Source: Candidatus Woesearchaeota archaeon (GTDB lineage Archaea > Nanobdellota > Nanobdellia > Woesearchaeales > UBA583). From it: DNA of 64,000 nt. Location: positions 96,001 through 160,000 of the forward strand of contig OZ242164.1 of NCBI GenBank assembly GCA_965205335.1, given 5' to 3'. Both the position numbers and the translations under genes were made by a program. The notes below the pieces were generated by a model, which worked only from the letters and a program-made list of their open reading frames with translations, made no database searches and was not told where the DNA came from. Position 1 is the stretch's first letter; the number at the start of each line of letters is the position of its first letter. Below are positions 10,683 through 21,551 of the stretch, piece after piece.

Positions 10683-11297
10683 ATGAAAAAATTTGATTTA
10701 AATATTGAGAAGGTACTTGAAGATTGGGAGATACATCATGCCATTAGAGAAGTAATTGCAAATGCACTTGATGAACAAGCATTAACAAATACAGAGGAAA
10801 TCAGAATTTATAGGGATAAAGATGATGAGTGGCATATACAAGATTATGGTAGAGGTCTTAAATATGAACATCTTACACAAAACGAATGTGATGAAAAATT
10901 AAAGAATCCTGAAAAAGTGATTGGGAAATTTGGAGTTGGTTTGAAGGATGCTTTTGCAACGTTTGACCGAAATAATATTGAAATAACAATTAAATCTAAA
11001 TTTAATGATATAACTCTTGGAAAATCGGAGAAAACTGATTTTGAAGATATAATCACACTGCATGCGTTAGTTTCAGAACCATCAGATCAAAATTTTGTTG
11101 GAACTGACATAATCCTAAGAGACATTAGTGAACAAGATATTAAAATAGCAAAGAGTTTTTTTCTAAAATTTTCAGATAAGAGATTATTGGAAAAAACCAA
11201 ATACGGATCTGTTTTAGATAAGAAGAAAAATATGTCTTATATGATGAGAAAGTATTTTTTAGGTTTTTTAATTTTCAAAATAAGGAAGAGTTTCTAA
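10683..11297 (+). CDS. GHKL/HATPase-domain protein, probably C-terminally truncated
   Basis: AIREVIANALD, IQDYGRG, IGKFGVGLK, GTDI. Confidence 0.75.
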   Translation: MKKFDLNIEKVLEDWEIHHAIREVIANALDEQALTNTEEIRIYRDKDDEWHIQDYGRGLKYEHLTQNECDEKLKNPEKVIGKFGVGLKDAFATFDRNNIEITIKSKFNDITLGKSEKTDFEDIITLHALVSEPSDQNFVGTDIILRDISEQDIKIAKSFFLKFSDKRLLEKTKYGSVLDKKKNMSYMMRKYFLGFLIFKIRKSF

Positions 11298-11600
11298 AAA
11301 TTAAAAACATTGATTCAAATAAAATTTATTTAGTTAAAAGCATCAATACTTGGTCTATATTAGATTTAAAACCTGAAAAAATTAAGAATCTGAAAACAGG
11401 GGAACATATTAAATGTTTTTGTAAAAAAGAAGAAATATCAATTGACTCTTTTTCACAAGAGAAACCAAAAGACTTTGTTTTTTATTTTCCATATTATCTT
11501 GAAAAAACTAAAGAAAACAATTTTTGAACCTTAATTTTTCTATTTAGAATTATTTCATATTGGAAAATTACTCTGAATATGATAAAAGGGATTTTCAGAT

Positions 11601-12758
11601 TTATTCTCCAATCATTTTGCACATTATATTAATCCCCTTTCTTAATTCATCTTCTGTATAATAATTTTTTCTATTAATGATATTTTCATCATTAGTCCCA
11701 GCAATTAATCCTAATGTATTTGGATTATCTCCTAAATGATGTATTTGGTGTCTTATATATACTAAATCTGGATGTTCTTGCTCTGTGCCATTATTTCTAT
11801 AATATATTCTTTCACTACTAAGTACATTAATATCATTAATTCTATCTTCAAGCTCATCTCCTAATTTTCCTTCTAATTTATTGTATAACCAAATATATAA
11901 TAATTCATCTTCAATTCCATAAACAATATTTCTTTCAGATAGTTTTGTCACATTATTTTCCTTAATAAAAGAATAAATAACTTTATCATCATCCATGTTT
12001 TTAAAGGCAAAGTAAGGGTCATGTGTTGTTATAATTATTTGAATATTATCTTCTTTTGAAATCTCTTCTAAGGTATTATTTAAAGTTCTTTTTAATTTAG
12101 GGTGTAAATAAATTTCTGGTTCTTCAAATAATATCAATATTTTTTTACCTTGTAATAAACCTCTTTCTTTTAATAAGTCTTTGTATGACTTTAAAATTGA
12201 GGATACTATTATTCTCTGTGTTCCTTGTCCTAATTTATCTAAATTCACATCTCTTCCACTTTCATTGCAAGTTATATTATCTATAATCGCCTGAATTACA
12301 ACTTCTCTTTTCAAATTATCGTTAAAATTAATTTCTAATTCATGGTTTTGACTTCCAGTAAATTTTTTTAAGTTATTATTTGTTTTACTTATAACATCTG
12401 AAATTATATTTTTAACATCTTCTCTGTTATCTAATTGAAAATCTATATCTAGTTCAGAAAAGAGTTTTGTCAGTTTTTTTATTAAATTAGTATTTGAGGC
12501 AGAAGCCTTACACTCACTATTAGCAGGACTAACGTTATCACATGGAAAATGAATTAATTCTATACTATTAATATCTATTATTGTGTCATTCTCATCATAC
12601 ATTTTGATATATCTTTTATTATTTATTGCATTAATAAATGTTGTCTTACCTGCATTATTTTCACCAGTAATAATTAATAAATTTTCTAATTCTATTTCGA
12701 AACCAGAAGGAATACATCTATCTTCCTGAGTAAATTTTATTTTCTTAATCATTTTCAT
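11601..12758 (-). CDS. ABC-type ATPase (AAA_15/21-like) with possible C-terminal HEPN
   Basis: GENNAGKT, LGQGTQR, FEEPEIYLHP, TTHDP; C-terminal RHQIHH (Rx4H). Confidence 0.8.
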   Translation of the reverse strand: MKMIKKIKFTQEDRCIPSGFEIELENLLIITGENNAGKTTFINAINNKRYIKMYDENDTIIDINSIELIHFPCDNVSPANSECKASASNTNLIKKLTKLFSELDIDFQLDNREDVKNIISDVISKTNNNLKKFTGSQNHELEINFNDNLKREVVIQAIIDNITCNESGRDVNLDKLGQGTQRIIVSSILKSYKDLLKERGLLQGKKILILFEEPEIYLHPKLKRTLNNTLEEISKEDNIQIIITTHDPYFAFKNMDDDKVIYSFIKENNVTKLSERNIVYGIEDELLYIWLYNKLEGKLGDELEDRINDINVLSSERIYYRNNGTEQEHPDLVYIRHQIHHLGDNPNTLGLIAGTNDENIINRKNYYTEDELRKGINIMCKMIGE

Positions 12759-12792
12759 TTAACCTCTGAATTATTTATATATTTATTCATCT

Positions 12793-13425
12793 TTATCTGT
12801 CTCTATTTTTTACTTCTAAAAGTTTTTCAATTATTTTGTGTATCATTGTGGATGGATTGCTTTTCTCAGAAAGCATTTCTATCTCTTTACTTTTCATTTC
12901 TTCTTCTATTTTCTTGGAGTTCTTTATTGCTTTCTTTATTTTTGGATATAGATGTCCTTTTATTATCTCTTTAATCTTAGATTTTGAATACTTTCCACTA
13001 GGAAGACATTCTCCTAATTCTTTTTTTACTTCCTTGTTTGTCATACTTCTATTTAACCTATCCTTAAAATGTAATAAAAACCACAACTCTAAAGAGGGAT
13101 TTGAAAGAATCAGTTTGATTTCTTTATACCCTGCAATTTCTTTCTTTGCTTCATCAATCTTTTTCTGCTTGTGATTATCTAAATCAAACACACAAAAATA
13201 TTTATCCCCTAGTATGAAGTTGTTCTCTCGCTCGTTCTTTTTCAAAAGTTCAACTGCTATTTTAGAAATGTTTTTAGGGTCTTTTTGCTTTGAAACGACA
13301 CATTCAATATTTAAATTATAAATTCTCAATATTTCTTTTAGAGTTTCAAAATACTTTTGTTCTGTTTTACCCTCACATATGATGTGAAATGTATTAATAG
13401 TAATATTTTTTGAAACTCTTGCCAT
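12793..13425 (-). CDS. rloB: RloB-family protein
   Basis: IICEGKTEQKYF, CVFDLD, SNPSLELWFLLHF, NPST. Confidence 0.9.
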   Translation of the reverse strand: MARVSKNITINTFHIICEGKTEQKYFETLKEILRIYNLNIECVVSKQKDPKNISKIAVELLKKNERENNFILGDKYFCVFDLDNHKQKKIDEAKKEIAGYKEIKLILSNPSLELWFLLHFKDRLNRSMTNKEVKKELGECLPSGKYSKSKIKEIIKGHLYPKIKKAIKNSKKIEEEMKSKEIEMLSEKSNPSTMIHKIIEKLLEVKNRDR

Positions 13426-13428
13426 TTT

Positions 13429-14664
13429 CTAATTAGATTCTTTGATGATTATTGGGATTGCTCCAAATCTTCCGCTATAGTAAGCCTTTTTTATATCTAA
13501 GTCTTTTCTTATACCTTTAAAGTCATATACAGAAACTAAACTTGTATTTTTATTTGGAGCTTTTTCCATAAACCAGATTTGGTCTCTCCTTAATAGATTG
13601 AGATCCAAAAGATCTGTATTATGTGTAGTAAATATCAATTGTGAACTCTTATTTTTTTTACTATTGAAGATATTAACAATATGTTCCATTATTAATGGAT
13701 GCAAACTTTTTTCTAATTCATCAATCAATAATACTTTATTATTTTCAAGAGCATCAATTATACTTCCAGCAATTGAAAATATTTTCTGAGTTCCAGATGA
13801 TTCTTCATTAAAGTCAAAAGATATTGACTCATTTTTACCCTCATTTTCCTGCTCATGTATAAATTCTATTTTGTATTTACGATCTAATAAGATTTGTTTA
13901 CGTAATTTTCTAGGAATATCTGGAGGCATATCATCTTCTGATATCTTTTTAATTTTAATATCAACAATTCCTAGATCACATGATTTTAATAAGTTCATAA
14001 TTTTGTTTTTAAGTTTTTTATTCTTATACATTAACTCAGTTGTCTCATCTTTATCAAACAAATTATCAAATAAATTAAATCCATTATTATCTGAAATTGA
14101 GATTATAATATTCTCCTTGAACCATAAATATATATCTCTTAATATTCCTTCTTCTTTTAAATTTACTGCTCTTGATATAAATAACATATTGTCTAATGTT
14201 TGTTGTGAATATGATTTGTATGATTTATATTTTCTGCCATACGAAAATTTCTCAGTTTCTTCCCTAAGATATATTTTTTTTCTGCCTTCATATAAAGATT
14301 CAGAATAAATTCTTTCATTATCTAATGAAACCATATATATATACCTATTATTATTAAGCAAGAACTCAATTTCAAAACTACTTTTCTTTTTTAGGTATTT
14401 CCTATTCAATCTATATGGAATTCTATTTGTTCTATATCTTGCTGAATTACTATGTGAAAATAAAATTAACTCTAAAAAAAACTTAAATGCTTTTAACAAA
14501 TTTGTTTTTCCTGATGCATTATGTCCATAAATTACACAGGATTTTAATAATCCGTTACCAAAAACATTATCTTTTAATGAATTATCATTACTTCCTGCCA
14601 CTAAGTCAAGAGTTACCTTATCTCTTATAGATAAAAAGTTTTCTACACTGAATTTTGTTATCAT
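13429..14664 (-). CDS. RloA/AAA_21 abortive-infection-type ATPase
   Basis: IYGHNASGKT, ESSGTQK, IDELEKSLHP, FTTH, LRRDQIWF, YYSGRFGAIP; directly upstream of rloB. Confidence 0.9.
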   Translation of the reverse strand: MITKFSVENFLSIRDKVTLDLVAGSNDNSLKDNVFGNGLLKSCVIYGHNASGKTNLLKAFKFFLELILFSHSNSARYRTNRIPYRLNRKYLKKKSSFEIEFLLNNNRYIYMVSLDNERIYSESLYEGRKKIYLREETEKFSYGRKYKSYKSYSQQTLDNMLFISRAVNLKEEGILRDIYLWFKENIIISISDNNGFNLFDNLFDKDETTELMYKNKKLKNKIMNLLKSCDLGIVDIKIKKISEDDMPPDIPRKLRKQILLDRKYKIEFIHEQENEGKNESISFDFNEESSGTQKIFSIAGSIIDALENNKVLLIDELEKSLHPLIMEHIVNIFNSKKNKSSQLIFTTHNTDLLDLNLLRRDQIWFMEKAPNKNTSLVSVYDFKGIRKDLDIKKAYYSGRFGAIPIIIKESN

Positions 14665-14744
14665 GTTACATTACAGAATATCCACTTATTTATAAATATT
14701 TGTGAAAATATCACAAAAATAATAGAATTTTAGTTAAATATTGT

Positions 14745-14868
14745 GCAAAATTTCTTGATTTTTGAAATAGGAAATGATTTGAGGGTGATAGGGTTTGATG
14801 TTATATCGTTTTGCTGACGTCAGCAAAATGGTTAAAAACATCACTTCTGGTTGTCTTACAAGATTCTT
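14745..14868 (-). pseudogene. DinD-like remnant, homologous to ~62070-62290
   Basis: Minus strand encodes ESCKTTRSDVFNHFADVSKTI. Confidence 0.5.
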
Positions 14869-14993
14869 TTTAAGTTCTTTACCGTTTGCGAGTACAAAAA
14901 TAAAGTAGTTTCTATTGTTTTTCTTTGAATTTTGCGGAAAATCTTCAAAAATTAGCGAAAATTATTTAAATACAGACGAATTATTCTATAATT

Positions 14994-16265
14994 ATGCTAA
15001 TTAGTTTCAAAGTTAAGAATTTTTTATCAATAAAAGATGAAATTGAGTTGAGTTTAGACTCTACATCTAGCAAATCTAATCCTAAGAATTTGTTTAAGGC
15101 GGGAGGTTATACTCTATTAAAATCTTGTGTAATTTATGGTCCTAATGCTTCAGGCAAGTCAAATATTATCAAAGCAATTTTTTTTGTATGGAATTTAGTT
15201 AAAAATTCACTTAATTTTAATGAGGATGTTAGATTATCAGATCCTCCATTTAATTTGAGGCAATTTAAATTAGATAAAAAGATGTCCCAAATGCCAAGTG
15301 AGTTTGAAATTCATTTTATTAAAAATGATATTGAGTACATATATGGTTTTTCCTGTAATGAAACTAAGATAATTAAGGAGTTTCTGAAGTATAAACCAAA
15401 GAGGGAAAATTTTAAAGAAATTTTTGCGAGAAATGAACAATCCAAAGAGGAATTCAAATTTACTCATGATAAGAATAAACAAAAGAAAATTGAGGAATTT
15501 ACAAATAAAAACACATTGTATTTGTCAAAATCAACTCAGTTTAATTATGAAAAGATAAAACCTGCTTATGATTTTCTTGCTAATGAATTAGTTATTAACC
15601 ATAATCCTGCTTCAAGTATTGATACAATGAAAAAAATCTATGGGGATGTCAAATTTAAAGATAAAGTGGTTGATATATTAGAGAGAACAGATTTTGGAGG
15701 AATTGTTGACTTAAATGTGAGGAAAAAGAAAATGAAAGTTAGGGAGATTAAATTTGAAGGTGAGAGCACAAAACTTAATGAGTTTGCTGATGAAAAAGAT
15801 TTTTATAATCTAAAAATATCTCACCTAACTAAGGATGGTAAGGTAGAATATTTTGAGATAAATGAAGAATCAATAGGGACCCAGAAAGTATTTAACATGT
15901 TAGGACCAATCTTTAATACTTTTGAAACTGGAAAAGTTTTAATTATTGATGAATTAGACTCAAGTTTACATCCGAATATTACTCGTTTTTTAGTTAAGTT
16001 ATTTAGTAGCAAGTATAATAAGAAGAATGGGCAAATTATTTTTACGACACATGACACAACTTTATTGAAAGATGAGGAATTACTTAGGAGAGATCAGGTT
16101 TACCTTTGTTCTAAAAGACCTAATGAACAAACAGAGTTATATAGTTTAGTTGATTTTAAGTTAAGAGAAGATATGAACTTTGAGAAAGCCTATTTTGGAG
16201 GAAGAGTTGGAGGACTTCCATTCATTGATGAAACTTTTTTTGATGAAAATGACGAGGAGAAATAG
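14994..16265 (+). CDS. RloA/AAA_21 ATPase (copy 1)
   Basis: GPNASGKS, ESIGTQK, IDELDSSLHP, RRDQVY, GRVGGLP. Confidence 0.9.
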   Translation: MLISFKVKNFLSIKDEIELSLDSTSSKSNPKNLFKAGGYTLLKSCVIYGPNASGKSNIIKAIFFVWNLVKNSLNFNEDVRLSDPPFNLRQFKLDKKMSQMPSEFEIHFIKNDIEYIYGFSCNETKIIKEFLKYKPKRENFKEIFARNEQSKEEFKFTHDKNKQKKIEEFTNKNTLYLSKSTQFNYEKIKPAYDFLANELVINHNPASSIDTMKKIYGDVKFKDKVVDILERTDFGGIVDLNVRKKKMKVREIKFEGESTKLNEFADEKDFYNLKISHLTKDGKVEYFEINEESIGTQKVFNMLGPIFNTFETGKVLIIDELDSSLHPNITRFLVKLFSSKYNKKNGQIIFTTHDTTLLKDEELLRRDQVYLCSKRPNEQTELYSLVDFKLREDMNFEKAYFGGRVGGLPFIDETFFDENDEEK

Positions 16266-16449
16266 GAATATTAAAAAATCTACTAGAACTTTATGGATAT
16301 TTTGTGAAGGTCATACTGAAGATAGATATTTTAAGAATTTGAAGTTTAATGAGCGTTTGAGAATCAAATCTAGAAATATGGAAGTTGCATATTTGCAAAT
16401 TATAGAATCACCAGGTTTTAAATTTTTTGTAGTTGAAAATAGACTTTAA
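16243..16449 (+). pseudogene. Truncated rloB-like gene
   Basis: WIFCEGHTEDRYF, then loses similarity; MITE begins 20 bp after the stop. Confidence 0.8.
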
Positions 16450-16468
16450 ATTAACAACTCATAATTGG

Positions 16469-16596
16469 GGCACTGTCCGGAAATTCAAGAGAACTTAAAA
16501 TGTTATATAAATAAAGCAATTTTTGATAAATAATTTTTTTCTTTGATTGAATATGGCTAGCATAAATTTTAGAAAAAACAATTTCAGGACAGAGCC
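16469..16596 (+). mobile_element. 128-bp IS5-type MITE (copy A)
   Basis: GGCACTGTCCGGAAATT ... AATTTCAGGACAGAGCC; internally homologous to the 49192 and 51223 copies; no flanking duplication. Confidence 0.9.
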
Positions 16597-16641
16597 ATAC
16601 CACCCAAGTATTTTTAAAATGGAGTATGTTTTTAATTATTT

Positions 16642-16857
16642 ATGGAGAAGCCAAAGGAAGAGATAGAAGATGACAAAGTTCAGGAGGCTTGTGGGAAACT
16701 AACTGGTGAAGAAAGAGAAATTAAGGAATTTGTGATGAAGATAAAAAATGAAGATCCTGAATTTAATTCAATAGTAGATTGTGTGATTGAGAGTGTTTCC
16801 AAGAATGGATTTTCAGAGAATACTTTTGAACAGAAATTTAGAAATAAAAATGAATAA
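16642..16857 (+). CDS. Small hypothetical protein overlapping the start of the RloC-like gene
   Basis: 71-aa ORF whose end overlaps the ATG at 16850. Confidence 0.55.
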   Translation: MEKPKEEIEDDKVQEACGKLTGEEREIKEFVMKIKNEDPEFNSIVDCVIESVSKNGFSENTFEQKFRNKNE

Positions 16858-19213
16858 GATAAAAAAGATTGTCATAACTGGTTTTAGAGGAATAAAGAAT
16901 ACTTTTGAAGTTGATTTCTCTTCAAAAGGAAATTCAATTATTATATATGGAAGAAATGGAACTGGGAAAAGTTCAATAACTGACGCTTGGGAATGGGCAC
17001 TTAGTAAAGAAATAGAGCACTTGAAAAGAGAAAATGCTGGTCCTTCTTCATATCCTCATAAAGAAGCTAATGAAACTTCTGTTACTATTGAAGCAAATAT
17101 TGACAAACAAGAATTAGCTTTTAATGTTCTATGGGATGAGAGGAATGTCATAATTTCAGATGAATCTCACTATAATAATTTCAAAGAATTAAATAAATAT
17201 CCTTGTTATCTTAGACAATCAGATTTACAAAGATTTGTCCTTATGACAAAAACAAATAAATATGAATACCTTATGAAATATTTAGGTTTAAATGTACATC
17301 TTAAAACTCAAAATGATTTAAGAACATATTATGGAAAATTAACTCAAAAAGAGGAAGAAAGTAAAGACATATTGAATAGATTAATTAACGATATTTGTAA
17401 TACTCTAAATATCACTCAATTTAAAGAAGAAATAATATTGCAAGAATTAAATAGTAATTTATCAAGATACAAAATTCCAATAGATAAATTATCTGAATCA
17501 GAATTGAATACTGTCTTAGAGAGGTTTAAAGATTTAGTTGATAAAAACCCTATATCAAAAGAATTAGATGAGTTAAAGAGGATTCAAAAAGAATATTCTA
17601 ATTTTTTAGATATTCCGGAATTTGTCAAAGAAATAGAAGATCTAAAAAAATTATTTGATGAACTAAACAAAAACCAAGAAAACTTTAAGAAACTAATACT
17701 TGGAGATATTTACTCTAACTCACTTGAATACTTAAACCGAGATGATATTAAGGATAAAAACATCTGCCCTGTATGTGAACAAGAGCGAAGTAATTTAATT
17801 AATTTTTTAGAGAAAAAGAGTAATCTGTTGCAAGAACTAAAAGAACAAAAATCATGTTTTGATGATTTACAAGAAAGATTAAAATCAAAATTTGATAAAT
17901 ATATTATTACTATTTCCAATATTAAGGAGATAAATAATGACTTTGTTACAGAAAAAAATTCTTCTTTTAATATCTCATTAAAATTATTAAATTCCTTAAA
18001 GAATAATTGTGAAATAGATATACTGGATATTAGAAATTTTAAGGAGTTAACTAATTCTGATAGAAAATTAATCTTTTCAGTATTAAATGATGAAGTATTT
18101 ACAGACAAATTGAACAATAAAGTAGATAAGCTTGAGAAACCTACTAGCGAAGATAAACTGAGTGAAGTATTTCAAAAGATATCTACCTTTAACGATTTAA
18201 TTTCAGAATATTGGAATAAAGATGAGGAATATGAATTACTAAAGTTTGAGAAGGAAAGTTTTAGAATAATCTTTTCAGAATTTACCTCATATGTTAAATC
18301 GAGACTAAATAAAAAGTTTGATATTATTAAGGAAGATATTTCTAATTTTTTTAATGTTTTAGAGAATAATACTAGTAGACATCTTTCAAGTCCTAAAATT
18401 GAATTATTAGACACTAACAAAGCAATTGAAATTGAAATTGGAATTGAAGATTCCAGAGTCTCACCTGCCTTTAAAATCATGAGTGAATCACAAGTAAATA
18501 GTTTAGGATTATCTGTATTTCTCGCATGTATCAAAACTTTCAACAACAATTTAAAATTTATAATTCTTGATGATATTGTAAGTAGTTTAGATGGACATAA
18601 GAAGGATAATTTACTAAAATTATTAAATGATTATTTTAGAGATTATCAAATATTAATGCTTACTCATGATAACCTTTGGTTTAATAAAGTAAGAAATAAG
18701 TTTAGGAACTGGAAAATACAAAAATTTACTGGTTGGAAATATAATCATGGACCTATTACTATTAATAGTGGTGGAACAATCGAGGATATTAGGGAAGACA
18801 TAAGTGAAGATGACTCTCACAGTGCTGGTCATAAACTTGGAGTTTATTTGGAGTGTGAATTGCAAGATATTAATGAAAAAATTAAATCAAATGTCAAATA
18901 CAAATCCTACAATGAATATACTCTCTCTGAACTTCTTAATAGTTTTCGGGCAAGAATTAAAGATGTTTTGGGAAGTTCACACGATGTATGTATGATAGAT
19001 TTAGATACCTCATTTAGAAATTTTGTAGACCATCATAAAAACCTTGAAGGAAATGTCACTACAGAAGATATTAGAAATGCACTTGAAGAATGGCAAAAAG
19101 TTGAAAGTATTTTGAAATGTAATGAATGTAATGAATATGTTCTTTATGATGATGTCTCAAAGAAGTTAAGATGTGAATGTCTGATAAAAATACTTGAAAA
19201 ACAAAAAAATTAG
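16850..19213 (+). CDS. SMC/Rad50-like ABC ATPase with zinc hook and C-terminal HEPN-like motif (RloC-like)
   Basis: GRNGTGKS, central CPVC within coiled coil, MSESQ signature, ILDDIVSSLD, LTHD, RNFVDH (Rx4H), terminal CxxC. Confidence 0.75.
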   Translation: MNKIKKIVITGFRGIKNTFEVDFSSKGNSIIIYGRNGTGKSSITDAWEWALSKEIEHLKRENAGPSSYPHKEANETSVTIEANIDKQELAFNVLWDERNVIISDESHYNNFKELNKYPCYLRQSDLQRFVLMTKTNKYEYLMKYLGLNVHLKTQNDLRTYYGKLTQKEEESKDILNRLINDICNTLNITQFKEEIILQELNSNLSRYKIPIDKLSESELNTVLERFKDLVDKNPISKELDELKRIQKEYSNFLDIPEFVKEIEDLKKLFDELNKNQENFKKLILGDIYSNSLEYLNRDDIKDKNICPVCEQERSNLINFLEKKSNLLQELKEQKSCFDDLQERLKSKFDKYIITISNIKEINNDFVTEKNSSFNISLKLLNSLKNNCEIDILDIRNFKELTNSDRKLIFSVLNDEVFTDKLNNKVDKLEKPTSEDKLSEVFQKISTFNDLISEYWNKDEEYELLKFEKESFRIIFSEFTSYVKSRLNKKFDIIKEDISNFFNVLENNTSRHLSSPKIELLDTNKAIEIEIGIEDSRVSPAFKIMSESQVNSLGLSVFLACIKTFNNNLKFIILDDIVSSLDGHKKDNLLKLLNDYFRDYQILMLTHDNLWFNKVRNKFRNWKIQKFTGWKYNHGPITINSGGTIEDIREDISEDDSHSAGHKLGVYLECELQDINEKIKSNVKYKSYNEYTLSELLNSFRARIKDVLGSSHDVCMIDLDTSFRNFVDHHKNLEGNVTTEDIRNALEEWQKVESILKCNECNEYVLYDDVSKKLRCECLIKILEKQKN

Positions 19214-19307
19214 AAGAAAAGAAAAAAATTATTCATCAAAAATTGCTCTATTTCTTGAATTTCTGAACGGAGTTTATAGTTGAAGATTATACTATTAGTG
19301 AGGATTA

Positions 19308-20234
19308 TTAATCTTTATATTTTCCAAATACTTTACTAAACTTCTCGGATGTGACCATTAACCATTCCAAATGATAATCCCTATTATTATCAGTTATTAT
19401 AAAATTTTCTTTAGTTGCTTTAATTCTTGATGCTTTTTTACCTTCTAATTGCATCCATTCTAATTTCATATCTAATTCTTTTTCTATCTTATCTTTATTA
19501 CTTTCAAATTTGTAATATAAATCCTTTGAGTCAGGAATATAAATCTCAGTTCCTATTTGGTTTGTTTGTGAATTAATAGTTAATGCAATATGACTTTCCG
19601 AGCTTCTATAACTTAGATCTAACCAATGTTGAGGATGTGCTTTTCGGAATCTTAGCTTGGAACCTTTTTCCTTACAATATTCTTTTAGTTTATTCCAAAA
19701 CTCTAATTGCATTAATTTAGTGTCAGAGTGCCCTCCTTTTCTCTGAGAAGTTTTAATTGCTTTAGTCCACGAGTTAGGTTTTGAAACTATTTCAAATTTG
19801 GGTGCAAAATCAGAATTTCCAATTTGCCATAGTTCCATTTTAATTGCAAAGAAATTTAATTTTTCATCAGAGTGTTCATTTAACCAATCAATGGCCTGTT
19901 TGTGTTCATCTCTTACATTTTTAACTAGCCAAATAACAATTTCAGCATCATATCCTGAAGCATAAGTAATAATTTTACCTAAATGATTATGGTCTGTATT
20001 TTCTAATTGATTTTCAATAATTATTTTCCTACCTGTGATTTCTTCTTCTGCTAGGATATCCACATTATATCTTCCAACACTTGCTTCTGTTTCTATTACT
20101 TTAATTCCTACATCTATTTCTTCACTTAGAATTGCCAGATTCTCTTCTTTAACTAACCAGTTTGTGAAATCTAATGCTTCATTTTTCCATGCTTTTCTTA
20201 AATCTATTTTTTTCAACTCGCCCAAATTTACCAT
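19308..20234 (-). CDS. DUF4268 protein with N-terminal PD-(D/E)XK-like domain (copy 1)
   Basis: EALDFTNWL, VDILAE..IIIENQL, HLGKIITYA, LEWMQLEGKKASRI. Confidence 0.85.
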   Translation of the reverse strand: MVNLGELKKIDLRKAWKNEALDFTNWLVKEENLAILSEEIDVGIKVIETEASVGRYNVDILAEEEITGRKIIIENQLENTDHNHLGKIITYASGYDAEIVIWLVKNVRDEHKQAIDWLNEHSDEKLNFFAIKMELWQIGNSDFAPKFEIVSKPNSWTKAIKTSQRKGGHSDTKLMQLEFWNKLKEYCKEKGSKLRFRKAHPQHWLDLSYRSSESHIALTINSQTNQIGTEIYIPDSKDLYYKFESNKDKIEKELDMKLEWMQLEGKKASRIKATKENFIITDNNRDYHLEWLMVTSEKFSKVFGKYKD

Positions 20235-20364
20235 AAGGTATTATTAATTTGATTCTTTATAAAGATTTTTGTTAAAAGATACTGTTAAATTTGAGGGTGT
20301 TTTTATTTACTGATATAAAGTAGTACAATTCTCTTATAAAATATATTTTATTAACTAATTATAC

Positions 20365-20919
20365 ATGGCAGAAGCAACTGAAGAATTAGTAAAAGTATAT
20401 CTTGAACAAAAAGGATATTTAGTTACAACATCTAAAAAAATAGATGTGAGAACAACAAAAAACAGCCCAAGAACAGAACTTGATTTAATTGCAGTCAAAA
20501 CAGAAGGTAAAGATAAAGATGGTTTACCGTCAAGAATCTTAGGGGAAGTAAAAGGATATGGAATACATCATCGTCTTTTTAAAGAACTAGATGAAAAATT
20601 ACGTAAAAGAGATGAATATGAATCACGGGAAGAATATGGGAAATTCAAATATTACAATAATAATGAATATAAAAGAGAAATATTAAATAAACTAAAAGAA
20701 GAATATGGTTACAAAGATTTTACATGTGTTTTGTTTTGTTATAGTATTAATGGAAATTATGAACAAGAAATTAGAGAATTTCTTGAAAAAGAGAATATAA
20801 TGATTGTTCTACTTGCTGATGTTCTGAAATATTTATTTGAAGAAAGTAATACAGAGTATAATAATCATCCAATACTTAATACAATTAGTTTAATTAAAAA
20901 AAGTAAATTATCTTTTTGA
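20365..20919 (+). CDS. PD-(D/E)XK nuclease-like protein (copy 1)
   Basis: EELVKVYLEQKGY, ELDLIAVK, ILGEVKG. Confidence 0.7.
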   Translation: MAEATEELVKVYLEQKGYLVTTSKKIDVRTTKNSPRTELDLIAVKTEGKDKDGLPSRILGEVKGYGIHHRLFKELDEKLRKRDEYESREEYGKFKYYNNNEYKREILNKLKEEYGYKDFTCVLFCYSINGNYEQEIREFLEKENIMIVLLADVLKYLFEESNTEYNNHPILNTISLIKKSKLSF

Positions 20920-20978
20920 TTTTAAATAATTTGAATTTATCAATTTATCATAGTTTTCTTCTTCTTTTTTATAAATTT

Positions 20979-21551
20979 TTATTTTTTTATTTTACCCCAA
21001 ATAGCAATTTTATTTTTTCTTGGGTCTTGATTTCTTGGATTTGTTTTTAGATAATTCTCTTTTTTTCTAATCTCTGGCTTTAATATTTTATTAAATTTCT
21101 CTAATTTTATAATTGCTTTCTCACCTTTTTTTATAGTTAGTATGATGAAATTAAATTTATGATTGGGAATGACTATAATTAGGATTTTATCAATAAGGAA
21201 TGCAACTATTAATTTTAGGATTGTAAGAAAATTCCTAATCAGTTTATCTATTTTTTTTCTATCTTCTTTAGAGATGTCATTTAACTCATCAATGTATTCT
21301 TTTATTATTTCAATTTCTTTATTATTTATACTAAGTTGTGATTTCATGTATTCAACTTCTTTTGAAATAAACTCTCTAAATAAGATATTATTTCTCTCTG
21401 TTTTTCTTTTACAGAAGATTAGAATTTTTGTTTTATAGTAGAAGTGTTTCAGTATTTGTTTTATTCTATAGACTTGAAGTTTGTTTAATTCAGATTTTAT
21501 CTCTCTTCTTTCTCCTCCTAATTTTTCATTTTTATTCTTAATTAGATTCAT
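20979..21551 (-). CDS. Hypothetical protein
   Basis: 190-aa ORF overlapping the upstream gene. Confidence 0.55.
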   Translation of the reverse strand: MNLIKNKNEKLGGERREIKSELNKLQVYRIKQILKHFYYKTKILIFCKRKTERNNILFREFISKEVEYMKSQLSINNKEIEIIKEYIDELNDISKEDRKKIDKLIRNFLTILKLIVAFLIDKILIIVIPNHKFNFIILTIKKGEKAIIKLEKFNKILKPEIRKKENYLKTNPRNQDPRKNKIAIWGKIKK

